The notes under the pieces: generated by a model | Database searches by the model: none | Told to the model about the DNA's origin: nothing | The model's input: only the letters and a program-made list of their open reading frames with translations | Position numbers and translations under genes: made by a program | Shown here: piece after piece, positions 1 through 11,665 of the stretch | Numbering within the stretch: position 1 is the first letter of the stretch | How the letters are laid out: every line of letters starts with the position of its first letter | NCBI GenBank assembly: GCA_021613535.1 | Contig: CP075493.1 | Coordinates: forward strand, 16,864,001 to 16,928,000 | Direction: 5' to 3' | DNA from: Adineta vaga | Taxonomy: Eukaryota; Animalia; Rotifera | Length of the DNA: 64,000 nt

Positions 1-93
1 CGTAACGCTTGGTCGTGCCGATATAGAGGAGTATCGATCAAATATTTGTGTACTCTAGCATCTCCAATAATAATAGAAGAAAAATGTGTTGTA

Positions 94-849
94 CAGTAAA
101 ACCTCCCTATAGTGAACATTAACGTAACTGTTCAAAATGTGTTCACTATGTAGAGATGACTTATTATATGAACGTTAACGTATATATAGTGCACAACGAG
201 TGTCACAAACTAACGAGCGTGTGTTTTTCTGGTTTGAACTTCCTCTAACTATATAGTGCATAGAATAAATAGGTTTTTCTTCGATCTAATACGTATATTG
301 AGGATAAGATCTCTAGGTCTTTCTTACGTTAGTTCTATGCATGTGTACATGCCCATCTTCGTCATCAATCCCTAGTTTTTCATTAATGTTAATATGTTTA
401 GTTGCCATCTCATAAGTGTAAATAGAAAAGAACAATACTGTTGTATGGCACAATCAATCAGTCCGTCAATGACTCTCCATTTTCATTTTTTTTGTTCTAT
501 AATTAGACAGATAAATTTGATATGAACTTTTACTTGTCATTGCTCTTTTATTTAAACTGTGTGACGACATTTTCACGTAATGAACAGACCGTCAAAGAGT
601 TTTGTTGTGACTGCTTCAAAACTTGAGATCTATTCTCTTATCTGGGATTTTTTCCTTCACATTCACCTATTTTATCCCACATGTGTTCACTATATAGAGG
701 TACATTTTATGATTGGGACTGAAAAAAATCGTTCACTGTTCAGAGTTGAGAGGTGTTCAAAATGTAGAGGTCTGTTTACAGCAAAAATCGATCGGGCGGA
801 TTGAAACATGCGTTCAAAGAGGCGGTGTTCACTATCGGAGATTTTACTG
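94..849. mobile_element. Non-autonomous Tc1/mariner/pogo-type element (MITE-like)
   Basis: TIRs cagtaaaacctccctatagtgaaca (94) and tgttcactatcggagattttactg (to 849), flanked by TA on both sides; internal gtgttcactat repeats near 139, 684 and 825. Confidence 0.75.
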
Positions 850-1446
850 TATCTTTCTATGTGATAGAATAATTCTTCAAATAACATTCTGTGCAAAAGA
901 AAAAAAGATTTAATCATTGTAACTTGAAATGCATAAAATAATGAAAAAATGTCGTTTTCTTCAGTAGATGTTTCTAGAAAAAACCTTTGTAAAACTCTTG
1001 AAATCCATCATAAAATAAATAAGCTGTAGTTCATTTGATAACGGACTTGATGCTCTACTGAATGTGATATAGAAGAAAACAATGAATCTGAGCAAAATCA
1101 AATTTTTCTGCGTGGGTAAAGGACCTTAAAAAAAGGCTTTTGTAACCTATGACCTGTGACAGACACACAAACGCGTTTTCGGTTTTTTGATATTTCCCTC
1201 CGTTCATTCGAGGAAACTATATTACTATGCTAAATTCATAGAGCCACATACTACTATACCATCATACCACTGGGACAAGCTTTAGTAACTGTATACTATT
1301 ACCTTAGTTTAATACTATATAGTTAGGTACTTGACTTGTTCATTTTGCTCCCTTATGCCACAAGGGAATAACTTGAATTTGTTACATGTATACCGAAATA
1401 AATTCAAATTTGTTCAAAATCAAATTTCCCATGAAATCACATTTAG

Positions 1447-4400
1447 GCCCTGCATCTTTTGCTCAAGAGCGCATCTTTCTTCATGAGCAAGTTCGCTTCT
1501 CGAATGAAGTTGCCATCTACAATCAACTATCAATTCTACGACTTGTTCAAGGTTCATTATCGATCGATCGTTTATTAAAAGCACTTCGATATATAATAAG
1601 CAAACATAATATATTACGATCATCTCTCATTTTTGACAATGAAGATAGTACTTTAAAACAATATGTTACTCAAAATCATCTATCATTCTCATTAGTCAAT
1701 GAACAAACATTTGAAAATGAAAGTGAACTTTTCGATATTATCCATAAAGTCACATTCAATCCAACTTTATTTAATTTGTCTGAAGGCCGAGTGTTTCATT
1801 GTGAGATTATTCGACAACAGAACTTAACTAATGAAAATAATGATAAGGAATTGATTAGAGAATCCGATGTTGTTATACTGGCTTTTCATCATGCAGCATC
1901 TGATCGATCAAGTTTCGCCGTCTTTTTCGAAGATTTGAGTTTTGCTTACAATAATAATAATGACACAACATGGTTTGAAGATGAGGATTCAATACAATAC
2001 ATTGATTATAGTGTACATGAACGTTTAATGGATATGACATTGTCTCGTGAATTTTGGCATTTTCAACTTGACGGTTACAATCCCGAGCGTCCTTTAGCAT
2101 TGCCAGTTGATCGACATCGTTCATCTGCTGATCAACGATCAGGTTTATCTTCTACAACTTACATATCGTTCAGCAAAGAAATTTCGAAATCATTTCTCGA
2201 TTATGCATCTTCACATCAAGTCACACCATTTCAGTTAGGATTGGCTACATTTTATATATTTTTATTCAAGTTAACTCATGGTCAAACTGATCTATGTGTT
2301 ACTTCTGTCAATGCCAATCGATATCGAAGTGAATTACAAAGTCTCATTGGAATGTTTGTTTCAACATTACCATATCGATTTCAGCTGGATGGTAACTGGT
2401 CATTTGATGAAATTGTAAAACGTGTACGAGAAATATGTTTATCAATTCTTGAACATTCTCAATACCCATTACAGCATATGCTCGCCGATTCGCATCTGAA
2501 TCAGCCGAATGTTCCGTTTCTTGAGACAATGCTAGACTTTATTACTTTATCTTCGAATACAAGTCAAATATCTGTTGATGGTGCAGCTCTAGAAGAAGTA
2601 GCGCTAGTACAATCATTCGAAGCAGCTAAGTTTGATTTTTCAATAACATTTATTTATAATCCAGCGTTAGAAGATGATGAACTGTCTTGTTCTTTCGTTT
2701 TTTCTCGTGACATATTCGAAGAAAAAACCATTAAACAAATAGTTTCAAGAATAGAAATACTATTTGAGAAACTTTTTGCAACAAACTCAAATACTTCACC
2801 GATGGACCAATCTGTCACGTCAATTAACAAACTTTCTATTATTTTACCAAGCGAAGTGAATGAAATGCAAACAGTACACTTCTCTAGACTCAAAAATCTT
2901 GTTAACGAAGGTACGTGAACTAATACGAACATGAAAATGAAATTTGATCGGAACTATATTCCACTTACAAAATAGTGGCACGGAAATGAGAATTAATTGC
3001 TTGGTTAACATCGTTATATTAGCAGAAAATAACTGCATTTGTGATCCTGGTCTTTTCGTTACTCTAAAGATTTGAATATGAGCCGTAGCGTTTTGTTCTA
3101 TCTGAAACAGATCGATTTGTTTCAGATAGAACAAAATCAATATATGTGATAGTTTCATGAGTGGACGTGTCATCAAACAGATATTTCATCCCTTCATGAA
3201 AAAGTAATTTAATTCTTGTATCTTATAGGATTAGCATCCTATGCTCAAGCTCGTATTTGGCTTGATGAACAAACTCGTTTCGGTTCTAACAAACCACAAG
3301 TAGCAATCAACAATATGCCATTTCTTTATCGTCTCTCATCCACACATACTTTATCAGTTAAACAATTTTATCAAGCTCTTCAGCTCATTATCACTAAACA
3401 TCAAGCACTTCGAACATCATTGATCTTTGATTCAAACAAGAATCAACTCTTACAACGAGTCAATGACTTGAACGATAGTCACAAACCATTGTTTACGTTT
3501 ACAGAAAGTACTTTTCAAACAAATGAACAACTCGATGAGATAATGTATGACGAGAAACGCAATTCTCAATATTTCGATCTTACTCAAGGACTTGTCTTTC
3601 GATGTCATCTCATTTACTACAAACAAATATCTTCAAATGATCTTCTTTGTGATAAAGATGTTATTATTTTCAATTTTCATCATGCATTGTTCGATTTTCC
3701 ATCGATGGATATCTTTCTTCGTGATCTCAATCAAGCTTATACAACAAATCAACTATCAACTGATGATAACATGAATCTACGATATCTTGACTGTAATGAT
3801 CAATATTCTTCTTTTCTATTTGATTTCATCTATGTGTTTTTGTTCAACTATTTAGACGCTGTTATCGAACAAGAAATGTCAATGACTGGTGCAAGTCTAT
3901 TTTGGCAAGATGTTCTTTATGATTGTAATTTTGATCGATCTTTACCATTACCATTTGATCGACATCGTCTTGCTAATGAATATAATACTGGTCGTGGAAC
4001 ATCTGTCTCTTTTGATTTTGGTGAAGATCTTTCACAAGCATTTCTTAATTATTCGTTATTGTACAATATTAACCTTGAATATCTGATACTTTCTTGTTAT
4101 TATGCTTTCTTATTCAAATTATCAAATGGAGAAAAAGATCTTTCTATTGGAATTAACATTGATACTCGATCTAGAGATGAACTTAAATCGTTGATCGGAA
4201 TATTCCAAAATGTCATTCCATTACGATGTCAATTAGATCCTCATTGGTCTTTTCATCAATTAATTATATACTCTCAAGAGATAATGAGAAATAGTTTGAA
4301 ATATTCATATTTTCCTCTTCAACGCATTCTCAATCAACATGTCAATAGTTCAAGACCTGCATTTCTTGATATATTCTTTGAATTTCAATCAAATCAAAAC

Positions 4401-6734
4401 AAATCTTGTAAGAATGAGATTATCATTGATGATGTTCATCTCTATCCTATTTCCTATTCGAATCAAATCAATAGAAAGGAAGTTGTGAATAAATATGATT
4501 TCTCTCTTATTATTCAACATGATTCGAATATTAATCAACTATCATGTACAATTAATGCATCACTTGATCTATTCAATGAAAACACAATTGACAAAAGTAC
4601 ACAACGATTTCATTTTATGTTGCAACAATTATTTAGATCTACCGATGAATGGATGAAGAAACCAATCTATGAATTATCATTCATATTGTCAAATGAAAGA
4701 CTACTCGTGGAATCTTTGAATAACACACAAATATTATTTCCTTCTTCCACTTGTATACATCATGAATTTGTTTTTCAGGCAATGAATTATTCACAAAAAC
4801 TAGCAATTGAACTTGATGAACAATCTCTAACTTATTCTGAACTTTTACATTATGTTCAATTGTTTGCTATTGATTTAATAGACAATCATCATATCATTCC
4901 AGGTGACATTGTTTGTCAATGTGTAGAACGAAGTCTATCGATGGTAGGTTGATTGAAAAGTAATTTTTACTAAAATCGATCGAATATTGATCTTGATTAG
5001 GTAATTGGTATAATGGCAATCGAGATGAGTGGTGGTATCTATTGTCCATTATCACCTCGAGATCCACCACATCGTTTGTGTGCACTTGTTCAACAAATTC
5101 AGAGTTGTCTTGTTCTTGTTCATTGGTCGACAAGAACTAAATTCAACGATAATATAATTTCACTTGACATCAGCTCGATGATGGCTGACATTGATATCAA
5201 ATGTGACATTGATGTCGATCGACTCTCAAATGTGCTAGTCACATCGAACAGCGTATCCTACACTATTTTTACAAGTGGTTCAACTGGAACACCGAAAGCT
5301 GTTAGTAGTGATGCATAGATGTAACGAGAATAAAAGCAATATATAACTTGTTTTAGGTTCAAGTTCGACATTGTAATTTTATTGAATTCATATACTCTAT
5401 GATTTATATTGATACATTCACGGTGAAGGATGTGATTGGACAAATGTCACGATGTTCATTTGACGTTCACGTTCAAGATATAATGGGCTCATTGATGGTC
5501 GGAGCTACTCTAGTTATGTTCCGTCCTAGAGGAAATATCGATTTGGACTATCTATTCGAGACAATAAAACGCAAACAAATTACGTTTATGCATACTACAC
5601 CAAGTCTACTTTACAGCTTCTTTAGTTTCCTGCAAGAAAATAACCATATCAAAGCACTTGAATGTTTCCGATCAGTTAGCAGTGGTGGTACGTAACTGTA
5701 CAATAAGCTTGTATAGTGAGGATACCTTTTTATATTTCTAGGTGAACCTTGTTCTGTCAATTTAGTTAATTTAATTAAATATAATTCTATAGACGACTGC
5801 CGCATATGGAATATTTATGGTCCAGCTGAAGTAACCGTAGTATCTACTTTCTTTATTGTAGATGGAACAAGTGAGGCGGAAAGCATTCCCATGGGTGTAC
5901 CACTTGCTAATTATCAATGTGTGGTTCTGAACGAATTTCTCCAAACTGTTACTATTGGTCAAGAAGGTGAACTAGTTGTTGGAGGAGTTGGAGTCTTTGC
6001 AGGATATCTTGGACGTGATGATTTGACACAGAAAGCACTGATTGAGATCGACGGGGAATTATTCTATCGAACAGGTGATCTTGTTCGAATGGATAAGAAA
6101 GGTCTTTTATATTATCAAGGAAGAAAAGATCATCAAGTCAAACTTCATGGACAACGAATTGAATTAGGAGAAATTGAGCGATGTTTACTTCAGACATCTG
6201 TTACAGCTTGTGTTGTCATCAAATGGGGCGACGACCATTTGGTTGCTTATGTTCAAAGTTCTACTATTAGTGAAAACAATTTACGTGATCATTGTCAATC
6301 TCACTTACCACCTCACTTGATTCCATCGATGTTCATCATTCTTGATAAATTGCCATTGAACAGAAATGGAAAAGTTGATCGAAAACTTCTTCCAGTACCT
6401 AGCTTTGCATCAGTCTCAGTTGCCAACAACGAAGATTCGTATATAGAACCAACTAACGATTTGGAGACGATCATTCACTCAATTTGGTGTGAACTTTTTC
6501 AACGCTCTCATATTTCGACGAATACAAGTTTCTTCAGCATTGGTGGACATTCTCTTCTCCTCTTACAATTATATCATCATTACAAGAAGATTTTTGATCT
6601 GCATACAAACAGTATCAGTTTAGTACAACTAACCGAACATCTTACGATCGCCGAACATGCACAATTCATAAATCATTCCATAGATTGTATACGATGGGAT
6701 GCATCATCCTGGTTCTTATTGTCTTTGAATCCTG
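1447..6734 (+). CDS. Non-ribosomal peptide synthetase, C-C-A-T domains, spliced; 5' end probably upstream (exon starts at an AG acceptor at 1446)
   Basis: Exons 1447-2910, 3229-3792, 3856-4943, 5001-5300, 5357-5687 and 5742-6734 join in frame via GT-AG introns. C domains: ASFAQ..FHHAASD and ASYAQ..FHHALFD. A domain: YTIFTSGSTGTPKAV, FDVHV, NIYGPAE, YRTGD, GRKDHQVKLHGQRIELGEIE, NGKVDR. T domain: FFSIGGHSLL. Confidence 0.93.
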
Positions 6735-8462
6735 GTAAGTCGTTTTTGATGGCCGAGGTATTACGTTCATTATATTTTGTGTTAATGATGATGAAGATAA
6801 CATCTATACAAAATGATGATAATCGATTGTATATTCCCAACTTGCAAACCTATCTTCTACCAAGCATGTGCTTCATGAAGAGTTGTTAAGAATCTATTAA
6901 TAATTTCTAAAATAGTTCCATTTTCCAGATTCTCTGACCAAGGATGTACTTTTATTGATGCAGCTGTTAATAATTTACTGATCTCTTGACTAGAAGTATG
7001 ACAGTTCTCAGATTTTGGTTCAGGTCATGTGAGCAAATAAACTATTATAACAGCTCGAACCAGATCGCATGAACTGTTAAAGCAGTTTTTTCCATCTGAT
7101 CTGTTCGAACAGTTCGCGAGATCTAACGGCGATCGGACATTTCGCCTCCTACATTTCAAACATCCATGTATGCCACCGATGTTGGAAATTGTCATTTTAA
7201 TTCGCCCAGACATATTCGTAAAAATGTTTTAGAAGCATTCACTTCTTTCAATGATTGTTACCTTATCTTAAGTGTAAGATTTTTTGCACAGAAACGGATG
7301 TTTGCAATGGAAACTTGAGACAAAACTTTTAATTACCGATCTATTCTGCATCATTACTCCTGCATTGACCGGTTTTCAAAACTGATCTATTTGTACTGTG
7401 TGAACGATGCGAATAATTGTTTCGAGCTTATTCAACTTTCTATTACTAGGAAGTTAATGAGTATTCATCAAGATTTTAGAGTTTGACAATAAGTGGGTAC
7501 TTTTAATCGAAGATTTGAATCCTAACAAACGATTAAAAACTAACATATGTCTTTGCTAAAAATGCAAACATTCATCCGTTTTATATTTTCATATACTACT
7601 GATTTCATACAGTTTTCGCGATGAAATCTATCTTCAATGATATGCGCATAAACTGTGCGAGGATAGGCAAAATCAAAGACAGTCGGTAGCTAGCAGAGAA
7701 ATGATAAATATACACCCTGGAGACTACATTGACGACATTAAATGAATAGACAAAAAGTATAATTTTACGCATGACATTATAAACGATCAAATCCTATGTA
7801 AACTTCAGAATCCTAATCAGTATAGAACGTGTCACTAGTAATACAAAATCGAGACAAGTGCGAAGATTCTTATTAAAGATAAACAAGAGATTCGTACTGA
7901 AATACAACAGCATCGCTTTAGTAATAGTGACAACCTCATATCTTATTGAGGTTAATTGTTTGATCATATACCTGCTCTAAAACAGATTTCACAATTGAGG
8001 ATGTTTCCTTGTAAACTATGTAGTTCCTCGCGGTTAACACTATATTGACAATATTCCGAGAGAAACTGAAAGCTTGTTAAGAGCGCATTTGTTCTAAGAC
8101 TTTCGAGGGAACCACCTAAATTGATTAATCAATTTTGAGCTCATACTTTAGGCATAATTAGCGGATCCCGAAAATAGAATAACCTAAAGAAGAGTTGCGT
8201 CCATGAGCCTGTAGAGTTCAGTTTTAACAATTCTATCGAATTTTTGTCATGTAATACCATTTTACGTACGAAACCAAATGCACGAGTTTCGATCTGAAAT
8301 TTCGCTGATGAAGAGGTCCAAGCACCACTAGAATACTGTGAAAGTTCGAAACAAAACGAATACATTCTTTTCAAGATATCGCGTTTTTAGTAGCTGACTG
8401 TTTCTGGAACAGAATTAAGAAACGTAGTATTTATTGCGAAGTCAATATCTTGAGAAGAATGT

Positions 8463-9414
8463 GGTGACTGGACAATTCGTCGCGGACAATTCGTCGCAGA
8501 CAATTCGTCGCACAGACAATTCGTCGTCGGACAATTCGTCGCATAATTAGTTAATTGTAACAAGATTAACATAATATAAAGGTAGAGAGAGAGAGAGAGA
8601 GAGAGATAAACATTGTATAAGGGTCATTACGTTCGAAAAAGAAACAATAATTTTAAACAAATGTACAATACGTAACGAAACAAACTTAACAGAAATTAAC
8701 TCAAAACTTTACACTTCTGAATAAAACAGTACCTGGATTGTTTTGTTTACGGAAGATGGATTCTCTAAGGGATTTTTAGGGCTTCATAATTACGAATAGA
8801 TATTCTTGATAATTTATTATGTATACTATAAAGGAGCAGTAGTAACTTAAACCGTTTTTGTATCGAGAATCTCAATTTGTAGGTAATACTCATTTTACAT
8901 AGCGATCATTGTTGCGAGCTAATGTGTATTTCATAAAAGAAATCTTTGGATTTTCACTAACTAAAATAAACATCCTAAAAATTAAATATTCACTAAATGA
9001 ACTATGATAAAAATCATTCGCTAAGTTGTAGAATGTTTTTGTATAGTAGAAGTTTGCTTGAATCTGTTTGATTCATAATGTTGAAATATAACCTAACATT
9101 TCAAACGAAATAAATTTTTTGTCTGACAGTTAACTGAATAACGTTCTCCTCTTAAAACTTTCTTAGAAGTTTTTTTACTATTCAAATTCTGTGTTTTGCT
9201 TTTTGGTACTTTCGAAACATTTTGTATGAAGTTTTCAAGTGAATCCGTATCTTCTTGTCCGCAATACTACTAGAATATTAGGTTGCACTTGGTGTTGGTA
9301 ACAGGACTGTTGTGATAGTGTAGTTATTCTATTAATTGAATTACATATGTAGCTTTGTCAATTAATTATAATATATATGCGACGAATTGTCCGACGACGA
9401 ATTGTCCTAGTGCC
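8463..9414. mobile_element. Non-autonomous TIR transposon (GG...CC ends, MULE/foldback-like) with 8 bp TSD
   Basis: aagaatgt is duplicated at 8455-8462 and 9415-9422; subterminal gacaattcgtcg repeats at the left end (5 copies) and inverted at the right end (2 copies). Confidence 0.8.
8583..8606. repeat. (AG)n microsatellite
   Basis: Direct read of the sequence. Confidence 0.9.
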
Positions 9415-9532
9415 AAGAATGTATTCGTTTTGTTTCGAACTTTCACAGTATTCTAGTGGTGCTTGGACCTCTTCATCAGCGAAATTTCAGATCGAAACTC
9501 GTGCATTTGGTTTCGAACGTAAATCGCGCAAC

Positions 9533-9834
9533 CAAGTATTCTTTTTCTAGGCTGATCTGATATATATATATTGTTTGAAAGAGCATATCGACATACAGTG
9601 CCTACTAGGGGTTTTTTTTTCAAATTAAATTTCTTCGTATTATTATATACAGAAACCTGTATGACTAGATGTTCATTTCTAGGGTTTTATGTGAGTCATT
9701 GAACTTGTGATCTCTCTTTTTCACTCAAAAATTTAGAATTTAAAAAAGGACTCTGGTAGACACTGAATCTTCAGATGCTTTTTCGAACAATATATATATA
9801 TATCAGATGTGCCTAGAAAGATAATTCTTGCTTG
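9533..9834. repeat. Small diverged inverted-repeat element
   Basis: ctagg..atctgatatatatatattgtttgaaa (about 9546-9580) versus tttcgaacaatatatatatatatcagat..cctag (about 9781-9816). Confidence 0.6.
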
Positions 9835-10066
9835 TCAAATGTACTGTTTTAATCTTTGTTTAGTGAATATCTCCCTCAAATGTCCTATTTTTGGGCTGAA
9901 AACTTTACTGTAGTCTCCTCACGTCAGCGCTAACATATCCTCAAAATTTCAGCTCATTTGAATGTGCCTGGACCAAAATCGGTTTTCGAAAGGGGAAGAA
10001 GAGGCCTTAAAGCAATTGTATCTTTAGATTTACTTTTATGTATGATGTTTTTATTCTCTTCATTAG

Positions 10067-11665
10067 ACAACTTAGTCACAGATCAACCACCGTTCTCATC
10101 TGAAATTGGGCTTTATGTTGATCTCAAGAACATTTATGATCTTCCTCAGGATACAACGATCGATATTGAACTACTCGAGAAAATCTATCGTTCAGCGACG
10201 ATTCAAGAAATATATATCATATACATTGCTGATCCAAAATTTAATGAAAATACTAAGTCAAAACAACGACTTGCTGCCGTTATTATTTCCCAAGAAAAAG
10301 AAGCAACTGTGTTGAAAGAACTAGAGACAACTTCAAAGTTAAAACAACTTCACCACTATCAACTTCCATGGATCGTCATGATCGAGAGAGAATCATTGCG
10401 CATCGTGAAAGAATCACGGTTTACATTAACGGAAGATGTGAATCGAGAGATTATTGAAAACAATTATCGGATAAAAATAATGAATATACTGCTTGCCAAT
10501 GAAAATTTTTATAATGAAAATGTTGACATTTGTGCGAATACTACTCAGCAAAAAGAATTAGTGCAATCTTGTTTGTTGATCGAAACCGATAAAATACTCG
10601 ATCCCGCAGTAAAGCCGTTTGTCGGAATAAACAGCAAAAAGAATTCTCACGATATTTTTCTTACTGGATCGACTGACTTTCTTGGTCCTTATCTACTTGA
10701 TGAACTTCTAAGACGAACAGATGCAAACATTTATTGTCTTGTTCGTTCAACAACGTCTGTAGACACATCTCAACCTCGTGTGTTTTATGTTTGCGGCGAT
10801 TTGACTCTTCCTCAATTGGGTCTTGACGATCATCAATACTCGATGCTAGTATCAAAAATCCGTTCAATTTATCATTGTGAAGCAGCCACTAATTTCTACA
10901 AACCATATAATGAACATCGATCGGCCAATGTACTTGGTACCATTGAAGTAATCAAATTGGCATGCTTAGCAAATTGTCGAGTCAACTATATATCGTCGCT
11001 GAATGTCTTGGATAGTAGTGATCACAGTAATGGATATGTACAAAGCAAACAAGTTGCTGAATGTTTGTTGAAACAAGCAAGTGAAAGAGGTCTGTTTGTA
11101 ACCACAATCAGACGAGGTATGTTGTCAAGTCCCTGCCGTCATAAAATAAATTTTAGTCTGAACTGTGTTTGAAATAGGTTACATATCATGGTCTTTATCA
11201 ACAGGTGATTTCAACAAAACAGACTGGTTAACCATCCTACTCTTGGATCTGATTAAGTTCGGTATAGCACCTGAAACTGATTTTACATTCAATATTACGC
11301 CAGTTGATTGCATCAGTAGATCCATTGCAGAGCTGGGCGAATCAGAAAAAACTATCAAAGCAACGATCGATCTTCGTGAAACTCATACAGTTAGTTTTAA
11401 ATCAATATGGACAGAGATCTGCCGACAACGTGGTTTGGATCCTCACTATCTCCATGTGACCGAATGGAGTCAAAGATTGGATAAAGTACTAAAGACGAAC
11501 TCACAATTATTACATGGACTACAACTGTTTTCAAATTCACTGACAGATTCTTTCTCAATAGATACGGCACCTACTGTCGGAACTGAATCTGATCTTAATT
11601 TACCAATATTTGTTGAAAAATTCCTTCAGAATTGTCTACTTTTATCATCTGATTTAGAAAAATAA
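10067..11665 (+). CDS. Terminal thioester-reductase (R, extended SDR) exons preceded by a degenerate adenylation C-terminal subdomain; probably the 3' end of the NRPS
   Basis: Exons 10067-11116 and 11178-11665 (stop TAA). Motifs IFLTGSTDFLGPYLL, GDLTLPQLGL, ANVLGTIEV, GYVQSKQVAE and RRGYI. The phase-1 acceptor at 10066 matches the phase-1 donor at 6735. Confidence 0.8.

Larger units (their letters stand above)
8260..9524. repeat. Inverted-repeat element (about 110 bp arms, 8260-8369 / 9415-9524) within the NRPS intron, interrupted by a second element
   Basis: The arms are near-exact reverse complements (tttacg.cgaaaccaaatgcacgag...gaatacattctt). Confidence 0.85.
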
